From: Escherichia phage vb_EcoS_bov22_1
Sequence record: NC_073084.1
Length of the DNA stretch: 44,612 nt
Direction: 5' to 3' (one strand)
In this document: piece after piece, positions 16,585 to 24,734 of the stretch
How the letters are laid out: every line of letters starts with the position of its first letter
How positions within the stretch are numbered: the first letter of the stretch is position 1
Program-made: the position numbers and the translations under genes
The notes under the pieces: generated by a model
Database searches by the model: none
Told to the model about the DNA's origin: nothing
The model's input: only the letters and a program-made list of their open reading frames with translations

Positions 16585-16594
16585 GGCCGCGGCA

Positions 16595-18859
16595 ATGAGC
16601 TTAATTAAATTCGCTGTAACAAAACCCGCTAAAAAAGGCGAAAAAGCCAGGGCGGAAAACTTCCAGATGACGACCGATGAGTTTTTCGAATTTATCAAAG
16701 ATGCGAAAGAAATATCCTCGGTGCATATCAACAAGACGGAAGATAAAGCCGAGTATGCGCGCCGCAAGCGTAAGGCCGATGGCATCGTGGCGTATACCAG
16801 TGACGGATTGCGTCGTAAGACCAGTGCGGTGGACCGCTCGATCCTGTTCTTTGATATTGACCGCACCGACACCCGCACCCTGCGCCGCTGCCGTAAGGCG
16901 TTCATCGACGCGGGTCTGGAACACGTATTTCACACCACCACCGGCGACCGCCACCCGCTGAAGGGCGGCACGCGTTGCGCCCGTTTCCTGGTGCTCACTG
17001 ACAAGCCTGTACCGGCTGAAGACCTGGGCCGCGTACAATATGCACTATTACACCAACTGGGTCTGTCAGATGTGGACTTCGACGATTGCACGAAAGACAC
17101 AAACCGCCTGATGTACCTGCCACACCAGCAGTCTGTTATTAAGTGCCACTATGGCAAGCGCGCCAATGTGCGTCGTCTACTCCGTCGGGCGGACAAGCTG
17201 GGGGTGGAAAAAGAGGAAGTACGCCGCGAGCTTACCCAGGGCGACGACGCAGTGGCAGACGGCATTCTGGACTGGTGCTTCCAGGCCGGATTCGAGGAGT
17301 TATCTTCTGGTCGTGGTTATGAAGTGCCGTGTCCTAACGAACATCTGCACAGCGGCGAAGGGTCGACGGCTATCATGGTCAAGGATGGTGAGATCCGTTT
17401 CAAGTGTATGCACACTGGCAACGAGTGTTGCTCGGAACTGAACAGACACCAGCACCTGGCGCTACGTCTTATCGGGATCCCGGACCACCTGAACGTCGAA
17501 CCGCACAACATGTCACGTAAGCAAATCGCCGCCATCCTCCCAGGACTGGACGACGAGGAAGTGGAATCATGCTATGCGCATATCGTTGATGCGGTCGGAG
17601 ACGGCGACGAGTACGGCGTATGTACCGACGCTGACCTGGATAACGAACCGGTCGCACTGTTCAGTAAGCACGACCCTATCATCGAGGGGTTGATTAACTT
17701 TAAATCGACCTGGTATATGGCTGGCGAGTCTAACATCGGTAAATCGTTCTACGTGCTGGGCCAAATGGGCGCTGTTGCCGCGGGTATTCCGTTCGGCGGT
17801 GCGAAGGTCGTCCAGTCTCATTGCTTCTATTTCGACGCGGAAGGTGGCGAAGCCTCCAACCAGCGTAAGGAAGCATTGCAGATCAAATATGAGCACGACC
17901 TGGACAAGCTGCACATTATCGATCTGCAATCACGCGGCTGGGATATCACCAGCAAGTCCGGCTTGCGTGAAGTTATCAGCTTCATCAACCGCACCGCTAA
18001 CGGCGAACCGGTTGGCCTGGTGGCGTTCGACTCACTCAACCAGACGGTTGCGTTGCGGTCCGCCGATGCCAAACCGTTCGACGAGAACAACGCCAGCGAT
18101 ATGGGCGAAGTGGTCAAAGCGCTGAAGGCCATCGCGGAAAATACAGGCGGCAGCGCGGGCGTCATCCACCACCCGGCGAAGGGTGCAAACGGCAGCAGAT
18201 CTCCCCGTGGGTCCGGTGCGCTGCATGGTGCTGTCGATTCTGCGTTCTTCCTGGAGCAACCAGACGACAACCAGCCCGGACAACTGAACCTGTATCACGA
18301 GAAGGCACGTAACGGCATCAAGCAAGCGCCGCGCGGCTTCGTCCTGCTCAAGTGCAAGGTGAAGGTGGATCTCCGCAAGTCCGAGGCGTTCGAGGCACAC
18401 CAGTCCACCAGCACAGGGCCGGACTTCGGCGATGTAGTTGCCGGTTGGGACGTCAAGCCAATTGCATCCACGCCACGCGACGAGACTCTTTACCTCGTAC
18501 CGGTCGCCCTGGCACCGTTCGCCATCGAACAGGCGAAGGCCGCGGGCAAGGCCGCAGTTAAGGAGGAGAACGCCGCAGGACCGCGCAACGAAAAAGAGAA
18601 AGTGCTTTATGCGGCACTGGAAAAACTGATGGAAGATAACCCGGACCATACCGGATTCAGTAAATCGGCAATTGTACGCCAGGCGGGATTGGCAAAAGGC
18701 GGCACATCGACGAAGGCAATCGACGATATGGTCGAGCGCGGCGTGCTCGGTTTTTATACAGATCCGCACACCGGGGCCATCTATGGGTCGTCAAATATCG
18801 TCATCAAAACGAATATACCCATCACGCTTTCGGCGACCGATGACGACCTGAAAGATTAA
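16595..18859 (+). CDS. primase-helicase (N-terminal primase-like domain with Cys/His cluster, C-terminal RecA-like ATPase)
   Basis: 754 aa; Walker A GESNIGKS and RepA/DnaB-like ATPase region; CPNEHLH ... CMHTGNECC zinc-binding-like cluster. Confidence 0.75.
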   Translation: MSLIKFAVTKPAKKGEKARAENFQMTTDEFFEFIKDAKEISSVHINKTEDKAEYARRKRKADGIVAYTSDGLRRKTSAVDRSILFFDIDRTDTRTLRRCRKAFIDAGLEHVFHTTTGDRHPLKGGTRCARFLVLTDKPVPAEDLGRVQYALLHQLGLSDVDFDDCTKDTNRLMYLPHQQSVIKCHYGKRANVRRLLRRADKLGVEKEEVRRELTQGDDAVADGILDWCFQAGFEELSSGRGYEVPCPNEHLHSGEGSTAIMVKDGEIRFKCMHTGNECCSELNRHQHLALRLIGIPDHLNVEPHNMSRKQIAAILPGLDDEEVESCYAHIVDAVGDGDEYGVCTDADLDNEPVALFSKHDPIIEGLINFKSTWYMAGESNIGKSFYVLGQMGAVAAGIPFGGAKVVQSHCFYFDAEGGEASNQRKEALQIKYEHDLDKLHIIDLQSRGWDITSKSGLREVISFINRTANGEPVGLVAFDSLNQTVALRSADAKPFDENNASDMGEVVKALKAIAENTGGSAGVIHHPAKGANGSRSPRGSGALHGAVDSAFFLEQPDDNQPGQLNLYHEKARNGIKQAPRGFVLLKCKVKVDLRKSEAFEAHQSTSTGPDFGDVVAGWDVKPIASTPRDETLYLVPVALAPFAIEQAKAAGKAAVKEENAAGPRNEKEKVLYAALEKLMEDNPDHTGFSKSAIVRQAGLAKGGTSTKAIDDMVERGVLGFYTDPHTGAIYGSSNIVIKTNIPITLSATDDDLKD

Positions 18860-18904
18860 AATTTGCGCGCATTGGTTGCCGTTTTAAGTGTTTTTATCTG
18901 GTCG

Positions 18905-18933
18905 TATTGGTTGCCGTGTAGTGTAGATATAAT
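18905..18933 (+). promoter_or_regulatory. candidate promoter reading into the iteron/hairpin element
   Basis: Perfect -10 TATAAT at 18928-18933 with TTGGTT/ATTGGT 15-17 nt upstream. Confidence 0.35.
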
Positions 18934-18954
18934 GAATAGTTATGCATTGAAACT

Positions 18955-19126
18955 GCATAAACTAAGCGGGACAAAAAGCGGGACAAACAAGGGGCGGGAC
19001 AAAGCGGGACAGCACCCCCGTCCCGCCCCGGATGACGCGGCTTCCAGAGGAGCGGGACAGCGGGACAGCACCCCAGTCTTTCAGACTAGACGGGGGTCAA
19101 CGGCCCCCCTCGTCTGAGACTGAATA
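18955..19126 (+). repeat. structured repeat element, copy A: GCGGGACA iterons plus GC-rich hairpins
   Basis: Six direct GCGGGACA-like copies and one inverted; 10-bp stem GGGGCGGGAC/GTCCCGCCCC; second hairpin AGACGGGGG ... CCCCCCTCGTCT; nearly identical to 36128-36301. Confidence 0.7.
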
Positions 19127-19282
19127 AAATCCGGGGATTGCAAAACACACGGCAGCATGATGCGAAGTGCGGTCGCGGATGAACTAGGCAACCAATGCTA
19201 GTAGCATTATGCTGAGTGAAAAATGCGGTTTGCAGTTGCAGCAGATAGCGATCAACTTTTTCATGCGCGTTATTAATATTGG

Positions 19283-19311
19283 TTGCATCCGCCCAGGCAC
19301 CCTGCTATATT
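19283..19311 (+). promoter_or_regulatory. sigma70-like promoter with paired TTGGTTGCA motifs
   Basis: TTGCAT-17 nt-TATATT, then GGTTGCACACCAACAGGAGG and ATG 19339; the 22-mer TATATTGGTTGCACACCAACAG recurs on the minus strand at 30323-30344. Confidence 0.45.
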
Positions 19312-19338
19312 GGTTGCACACCAACAGGAGGGCGGAAC

Positions 19339-19518
19339 ATGAAAACCGAAATGGTTAATAAGCGCGAAATCAAGATCGGCGATACGGTAGTCCACAACGG
19401 GGAGCTTCGCACTGTGTGCAAGCGAGCGTTTAGCATCGATGGATTTATGGGCCTGCTACTTTGGGGCGACAGCTATCGTTTAGGGCATAAACTGGTTGAG
19501 AGGGTTACGGAACTATGA
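19339..19518 (+). CDS. small hypothetical protein
   Basis: 59 aa from ATG 19339 with AGGAGG RBS. Confidence 0.55.
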   Translation: MKTEMVNKREIKIGDTVVHNGELRTVCKRAFSIDGFMGLLLWGDSYRLGHKLVERVTEL

Positions 19519-19841
19519 AATCGATTATCTGGAATTACGCAATGGCTATGGCGGCGGCACAAGAAGCGGCGGAGTTCGCCGGTGAAGGAGCGGAAGCGGT
19601 CGAAAGACTAGCGGCAGCGTGGTCCGTTGTTCGCGTAACGCAGCAGGCCATCGCCTGTATGCTTGAGCGCCGCTTCGACACGATGGCGGAGATCCAGCCG
19701 TTGGCGAACGCTATCCAGGACTACGCGCTTGCATTTGCCCGTGAGCGCCTGGCTTATCGCTTCGGGATCGGTGAGACGGCAGCGACAAACGTTGCCCGGA
19801 TTAAAGCCCAGCGCGAACTATTCGCCCAGCTTGCGAAATAA
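19515..19841 (+). CDS. hypothetical protein
   Basis: 108 aa; GAGGG RBS; ATGA overlap with the upstream gene. Confidence 0.6.
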   Translation: MKSIIWNYAMAMAAAQEAAEFAGEGAEAVERLAAAWSVVRVTQQAIACMLERRFDTMAEIQPLANAIQDYALAFARERLAYRFGIGETAATNVARIKAQRELFAQLAK

Positions 19842-19850
19842 GGGGCCAAA

Positions 19851-20120
19851 ATGAGCCGTAGACGAGCCAAACAGCTTTCGTGGCATATTCCCCTGCATTG
19901 CATACGAATATGGGCTAAGAATGCGACTGAGGGCGATTCTGTATTATGGTGTTATCGCGATGACGTTAAGCCGTTAACGCAGACTCGCTACTTGCACCAG
20001 TTCGCAGCACAACACGATTTCAGGGTGCGGACTTCCTTGCAACCAATGGGAATACGTATTACATTACGCCGAAAGCCAGCCATTGAGCGGGTAGGCAAAC
20101 ACTGGAGACTGAGCAAATGA
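19851..20120 (+). CDS. hypothetical basic protein
   Basis: 89 aa; AAGGGG RBS. Confidence 0.55.
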   Translation: MSRRRAKQLSWHIPLHCIRIWAKNATEGDSVLWCYRDDVKPLTQTRYLHQFAAQHDFRVRTSLQPMGIRITLRRKPAIERVGKHWRLSK

Positions 20121-20269
20121 CACCAATGCAAATAACGCTAATGGCAGGGTATTCGCAGCAATTCGTAGACCTGTTATCTTGCATAGCGGACTATGAGATG
20201 GACGGCATCGCTACGGTGTGCGATGGCGACACGAAGACTGTCGACGAGATTGAGGAGACTGAGCAATGA
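20117..20269 (+). CDS. small acidic hypothetical protein
   Basis: 50-aa ORF (below track cut-off); GGAGA RBS; ATGA overlaps at both ends. Confidence 0.4.
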   Translation: MTPMQITLMAGYSQQFVDLLSCIADYEMDGIATVCDGDTKTVDEIEETEQ

Positions 20270-20820
20270 AATTACTATTCCGCCGTAAGCACGATGGCCG
20301 CATCCTGAAGCCGATCCAGACCCTTGAGGCGCACGTCCGTTTGCACCACGAAGCAAGCGATCGCGTCTGGTGGGCGAAGAAAGACAAGCTGCCGGAAAAC
20401 TTCGACGTACTCACACACGATATTGCGCGCGGCGATGTGCTGCGTGACCTTCGCGACGGGCAATTGTGGGTTGTGGAGCACACCTCCCAGCTCGGCTTGC
20501 GGTTGAAGTCCGGTATCTTGTTGAAGGGGATGACGTACTTCGGCCTCGTAAATTACGAGCGAGTGGGTCGCAAATACAGCCTTCGGGACCGCCAGCCTCA
20601 TGAGCGCGTGGAGTTCCGCAAGTCGCAGCCCGCGTATGCCACTTACGACGCGAGCAAAGTGATGGAGCCGATCCGCCAGGCCACGCGTGAGAGAGTCAAT
20701 CGCTTTGATGCCGTGACGAATGCACAGCGCCATGCGCAGGAATACGGCGTTGGATTCATCCGTGTCGAACCAGACGGCAGCATGAAGGCCATCGACCCGC
20801 GCTCGGTGATTCTGAAATGA
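20266..20820 (+). CDS. hypothetical protein
   Basis: 184 aa; ATG overlaps the upstream stop. Confidence 0.6.
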   Translation: MKLLFRRKHDGRILKPIQTLEAHVRLHHEASDRVWWAKKDKLPENFDVLTHDIARGDVLRDLRDGQLWVVEHTSQLGLRLKSGILLKGMTYFGLVNYERVGRKYSLRDRQPHERVEFRKSQPAYATYDASKVMEPIRQATRERVNRFDAVTNAQRHAQEYGVGFIRVEPDGSMKAIDPRSVILK

Positions 20821-20957
20821 GTGCGACTATCCGTGATATGCTGATGCACAACCGCTTTGAGATAGGCGGTCGGGTGTTTCGCAATTACTTCGTGGCGCGT
20901 GCCTGGGCGCGCCATATTGGCAAACCAGAGGGGGCAATACGATGCTACACGATTTGA
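20817..20957 (+). CDS. small hypothetical protein
   Basis: 46-aa ORF bridging two genes with ATGA coupling; weak support. Confidence 0.3.
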   Translation: MSATIRDMLMHNRFEIGGRVFRNYFVARAWARHIGKPEGAIRCYTI

Positions 20958-21229
20958 TTTATTGGTTTGGTATGGCCAGCATGTTATGCCTGATCACGGC
21001 AGGGCTTGGCGCGATATGGGTATTCCTGGTATGGCCCGCGGTGGAAGCTGCCAGTATTACCCGCATGACGTTCCAGATATACAAGCGCCGTGGCATCACG
21101 GAGCACCCGACCAGGTTGCGCATGTGGTGGCTATGGTATCGGGATATGATAGGGGGCCGGATGTTCGAGGCCGTCCGATCGGAAGGGTGGGAGTGGAAAG
21201 GCGTCGGCAAGTGGTCCATTTTCGATTAA
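20942..21229 (+). CDS. small membrane protein
   Basis: 95 aa; GAGGGGG RBS; N-terminal transmembrane helix. Confidence 0.5.
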   Translation: MLHDLIYWFGMASMLCLITAGLGAIWVFLVWPAVEAASITRMTFQIYKRRGITEHPTRLRMWWLWYRDMIGGRMFEAVRSEGWEWKGVGKWSIFD

Positions 21230-21247
21230 TTATGCAAGCGTGATATA

Positions 21248-21282
21248 GTCCCAGTGAGCTAAAACTTACTGGGACTTTTTTT
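21248..21282 (+). terminator. terminator-like hairpin with T-run
   Basis: gtcccagt ... actgggac stem followed by T7, ending at the ATG of the next gene. Confidence 0.45.
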
Positions 21283-21573
21283 ATGGATAAGCTAAACGAG
21301 TGGTTATTTGCCATCGCATGTCTGGCTGGCGGCTTCGTAGGCGCACGCATTCATGGTGAGGCTACGAAGGGGCCGCTAAACTTTGTTTTGTATGTTGTAG
21401 TTGGCTTCCTGTGTGCCATATTTGGCGCACCGGCTATCGCTGAGTGGGCTGGTTTGTCGGGTGAGCGCACTGTCGCCGGTTTAGGCTTCGTAACCGCGAT
21501 CTTCTGGATGCCAATCGCCGACCGGATCAGGGAGACTATTGCGTCGTTCCGACTTCCGGGGGGTGCAAAATGA
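21283..21573 (+). CDS. holin-like membrane protein (three predicted TM helices)
   Basis: 96 aa, three hydrophobic helices; upstream of the endolysin; no recognisable SD. Confidence 0.55.
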   Translation: MDKLNEWLFAIACLAGGFVGARIHGEATKGPLNFVLYVVVGFLCAIFGAPAIAEWAGLSGERTVAGLGFVTAIFWMPIADRIRETIASFRLPGGAK

Positions 21574-21815
21574 TTATCTCCGTCCTGTTGTTTGTTATCA
21601 TCGGGGCTTCGTCCCTGTTTAACGTGTATGCGCCGTCCGTCCGGGATGGCATTTTCGGTCGGGTGCTGTATCTGTTAACGGCAATGGTCTGTGTTATCGG
21701 ATTGTTGCAAACAGGAGACGTATCTGATACCACCTGGACCGCGTTAATCTGGCTGTTTGCATTGCGCACGCTGCGTAATGCTGTTTTGAATGGGGTAAAA
21801 CATGCGATTCAGTGA
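21570..21815 (+). CDS. second holin/antiholin-like membrane protein (two TM helices)
   Basis: 81 aa; GGGGTG RBS; ATGA coupling. Confidence 0.5.
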   Translation: MIISVLLFVIIGASSLFNVYAPSVRDGIFGRVLYLLTAMVCVIGLLQTGDVSDTTWTALIWLFALRTLRNAVLNGVKHAIQ

Positions 21816-22293
21816 CAACGGTCTGAGATTTACGGCAGCATGGGAGCAATTCAGCCCAGTGCCGTATTTCGCGACTAAGAAAGAGCAGGCCCGCGGCCTG
21901 TATACCTGGGGCTATGGTCACACCGGCACTAATCCGCCGCGGAGCATTACCCGTGCGGAGGCACTGGAGCTACTCAAGCGCGATGTGGTGTATGCCGAGA
22001 ACTGGGTGAACAAGTACGCGCATAAGAGCATTAACCAGGCGCAATTCGACGCGCTGGTGGACCTGGTTATCAATGCAGGTCAAGGTCCGATCGTACCGGA
22101 TGACGTCGCGAATGATTTCGATGATGCGGTCCGCCTGGGCGACTGGGCTAAGGTACGTGCTACTCTGCCGCAGTTCCGCAAGCAAGGTGGCGAAGTGCTT
22201 AAGGGTCTGGTGCGCCGTGCAATCGGCAGACAGGCGTTGTTTGATGGTAAGCAGTGGGACGTTGCCGAGAAAATCGGGCGTAACGCAGCATAA
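21802..22293 (+). CDS. endolysin (lysozyme, glycoside hydrolase family 24-like)
   Basis: AAWEQF ... GLYTWGYGHTG region resembles the T4-lysozyme-type catalytic core; directly follows the holin-like genes. Confidence 0.75.
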   Translation: MRFSDNGLRFTAAWEQFSPVPYFATKKEQARGLYTWGYGHTGTNPPRSITRAEALELLKRDVVYAENWVNKYAHKSINQAQFDALVDLVINAGQGPIVPDDVANDFDDAVRLGDWAKVRATLPQFRKQGGEVLKGLVRRAIGRQALFDGKQWDVAEKIGRNAA

Positions 22294-22308
22294 TACGAGG
22301 AACACAGT

Positions 22309-22476
22309 ATGTTAAAAAGCATTCTTGATCATAACGCTGACGCGCTCGCAGCGCTGGCTAAAACCGAAGACCCTGGCGCACGCGCTATCATCGCGGACAC
22401 TATCAGCCATGCAGGCGTCTTTGACGCGAAGCTGCCTAGCCCGCCGCCACAGGAAGAATCTGGCCCAGTGACGTAA
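22309..22476 (+). CDS. small hypothetical protein
   Basis: 55-aa ORF with GAGGAA RBS, ends at a terminator. Confidence 0.4.
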   Translation: MLKSILDHNADALAALAKTEDPGARAIIADTISHAGVFDAKLPSPPPQEESGPVT

Positions 22477-22483
22477 ACAATCA

Positions 22484-22510
22484 AGCCCGGTTAATTCCGG
22501 GCTTTTTATT
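22484..22510 (+). terminator. rho-independent terminator
   Basis: agcccgg-ttaatt-ccgggct followed by T5. Confidence 0.6.
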
Positions 22511-22571
22511 GCTTGACTCGCAACCAACACAGGGGCCATACTGCAACCAATCAACTGGAGGAGTAATCAAG

Positions 22572-22652
22572 ATGGCACGTAAAGATATTTGGGTATTAGC
22601 GATCTGGACCACCGCGGCTTTTATCGGCATGGTTATTTGCGAATTGATATAG
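22572..22652 (+). CDS. 26-aa hydrophobic micropeptide (candidate)
   Basis: Strong GGAGGAG RBS 7 nt upstream of ATG; MARKDIWVLAIWTTAAFIGMVICELI is a single TM-like helix; a promoter-like TTGACT precedes it. Confidence 0.3.
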   Translation: MARKDIWVLAIWTTAAFIGMVICELI

Positions 22653-22713
22653 CCCGCCGCCATACGGACCGTGGTATATTGTCCACGGTCCACTAATCAG
22701 GAATTAATTAAAT

Positions 22714-23856
22714 ATGCACCCGCAAACTAAAATTACCGATGAGCAATTGATCGCAGAAATTCAGGCAGGGACTACGGTTAAAGATATTGCGAAGAAATAC
22801 GGGATTGCCCTACGCAATGTTTATATGCGGAAAGCCCGCCTGTCGAAAAAAGGCATTGGACACGGTAACGATGCCGTAATACGCAAGCGCGTTGCCGATG
22901 GGTTTGGGGTTAAGCGCGTATCGGCCCTGGTGCGCGGCAATGGCGAAGAGGTCATGTCGTGGGTCATCACTGAGCAGGACAAAGAGCGCCAACTCGAAGC
23001 CATGCGCGCTGTTGTCGAGGGTATGAACAGCGAAATCACACCGGCAGCGCCAGTAAAAGCCCCGCCAGTACCGATCCAGGCGCTCGACTTGCTCAACCTG
23101 TACACCGTGTCCGACTTCCACCTGGGCATGTTGGCATGGGGCGAGGAGACTGGCGAAGACTGGGATATGGCGATTGCCGAAGACCTGTTCTACCGCTGGT
23201 TTGTCGAAGCCTTCGCACGCGCACCAGACGCAGGCACTGCCGTAATCAATATCCTCGGTGATATGGCGCACTTTGATAGCCTCGATGCCGTCACTCCCGC
23301 CAGCGGGCACGTACTGGACGCGGATACCCGCTACCAGAAGCTGGTCCGCTACATGATTCGCATGGTGCGTAACGTGGTGGAACTGGCGCTGCAAAAACAC
23401 CACAAAGTCAAACTGCTAATCGTCCAGGGGAATCATGACGAGTCTGGCATGATTTGGCTGGCTGAAATGTTCAATACCCTGTACGAGAACGAGCCGCGCG
23501 TCGATGTGGATACGTCCCCGGACGTCTACAAAATGGTGCAGCACGGTAAGACCACACTATTTTTCCACCACGGGCACAAAGCGCGATTCGATGTTATCGA
23601 GCAGGTTATGATCGCTAAATTCAGACAGGCGTTCGGGTCGAGCGAATACAGCTACGCGCACGTAGGCCATTTGCATCACCAGAAGATTGTTGAATCCCGC
23701 AACATGATTGTTGAACAGCACAGGACGCTCGCAGCGAAAGACGCCTACGCCAGTCGTGGCGGTTGGATGTCAGGTCGCAGCGCAAACGTCATCACCTATA
23801 GCGCCAACTACGGCGAAGTAGCGCGCTTAACCATTAGCCCGGAAATGTTGAAATGA
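22714..23856 (+). CDS. fusion of an N-terminal helix-turn-helix domain with an Mre11/SbcD-type calcineurin-like metallophosphoesterase
   Basis: N-terminal TTVKDIAKKYGIALRNVYMRKARL HTH; phosphoesterase motifs DFHLG, GDMAHFD, GNHDE, HHGH, GHLHH in canonical order. Confidence 0.7.
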   Translation: MHPQTKITDEQLIAEIQAGTTVKDIAKKYGIALRNVYMRKARLSKKGIGHGNDAVIRKRVADGFGVKRVSALVRGNGEEVMSWVITEQDKERQLEAMRAVVEGMNSEITPAAPVKAPPVPIQALDLLNLYTVSDFHLGMLAWGEETGEDWDMAIAEDLFYRWFVEAFARAPDAGTAVINILGDMAHFDSLDAVTPASGHVLDADTRYQKLVRYMIRMVRNVVELALQKHHKVKLLIVQGNHDESGMIWLAEMFNTLYENEPRVDVDTSPDVYKMVQHGKTTLFFHHGHKARFDVIEQVMIAKFRQAFGSSEYSYAHVGHLHHQKIVESRNMIVEQHRTLAAKDAYASRGGWMSGRSANVITYSANYGEVARLTISPEMLK

Positions 23857-24065
23857 TCAGACAAGTATTCATGAGCACGCAGGCCACCCGCCTGAAAGAA
23901 CTACGCAAGCAACTCGAAGGCTTGCGCCGATTTGAACGAACGGCAGCGGCAGTAGGAATGTCGATGGACGAGAGGATCGAAATACTGTCGCAAATACGCT
24001 ACACAGAAGGCGCGATAAGAGAAGTACAAAGCATGTTAACCCGATACTACGGGCGCGACGTTTAA
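23853..24065 (+). CDS. small hypothetical protein
   Basis: 70 aa; ATGA overlap with the upstream gene. Confidence 0.45.
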   Translation: MIRQVFMSTQATRLKELRKQLEGLRRFERTAAAVGMSMDERIEILSQIRYTEGAIREVQSMLTRYYGRDV

Positions 24066-24182
24066 ACCGCATAGCCTGCCGATTTGGTGGGCTTTTTTGT
24101 GCCTGTTATAATCCCCCTTAGATGGCAGGGCCGTCTCCTATGTTGCCGATGGTCGGCGCATATGAACAAAAGGGCTTATATC

Positions 24183-24734
24183 ATGGCAGAAATCAAAGTT
24201 AAGGGCCGACGCGCCAAACTGGACGGACGAGTAGCAGTAACCCCGCGCCGTAAACCAGGCGAGCAAACCGAGCATACCAATCTCGGACCTGAAATCGAGT
24301 ACGGAAAGCGCCGTAAAGGCGGCAAATGTGGACGCCCTACTGACTACCGATCCGTTTACTGCGACCAGCTTCGCCGCTATTTTGCCGACGCCGACGCCTG
24401 GCAGGTAAACTACTCCGATAAAGGCGCTGCGCAAGTAATCCCCCGCAACAAAATGCCAACCTTCGGTCGATTTGCCGCGGAAATCGGCGTGGGCGTAGCT
24501 TGCCTGTATCGCTGGGCGCGTGCGCATGAGGAGTTCGCCGAGGCGATGGCTGACGCTATGGAGCTACAAAAAACCTTCCTGATGGAAGCTGGCGGCGTAA
24601 CCATCGCGGCGGGCTTCGCTACGTTCCTGCTTAAAGCAAACCACGGCGTCCGCGACGATGTACCGCTGGATGACGACGAAGATGATAACGGCGACGTAGT
24701 TGTCGAACCTTCCGGCAAAGGTCAGGGTGAATAA
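24183..24734 (+). CDS. terS: terminase small subunit
   Basis: MPTFGRFAAEIGVGVACLYRWARAHEEFAEA HTH typical of small terminase subunits; acidic C-terminus; start at ATG 24183 (AAGGG RBS) not the track start 24084. Confidence 0.7.
   Translation: MAEIKVKGRRAKLDGRVAVTPRRKPGEQTEHTNLGPEIEYGKRRKGGKCGRPTDYRSVYCDQLRRYFADADAWQVNYSDKGAAQVIPRNKMPTFGRFAAEIGVGVACLYRWARAHEEFAEAMADAMELQKTFLMEAGGVTIAAGFATFLLKANHGVRDDVPLDDDEDDNGDVVVEPSGKGQGE

Noticed and set aside
17567-18769. Several minus-strand ORFs (up to 245 aa) inside the primase-helicase gene
   Set aside because: Antisense to a gene with clear ATPase motifs; Arg/Cys-rich composition typical of spurious GC-rich frames.
18863-19117. Plus-strand ORF (84 aa) across iteron element copy A
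   Set aside because: GTG start without an RBS, low-complexity product from GCGGGACA iterons; the region is better explained as non-coding.
19130-19270. Small ORFs (14-26 codons) on either strand in the spacer before the 19283 promoter
   Set aside because: No Shine-Dalgarno sequences; the region is rich in regulatory motifs and is more plausibly non-coding.
24084-24182. Longer N-terminal extension of the small terminase ORF
   Set aside because: Upstream in-frame starts lack an RBS and would encode a hydrophobic leader; ATG 24183 has an AAGGG RBS and begins the conserved part.
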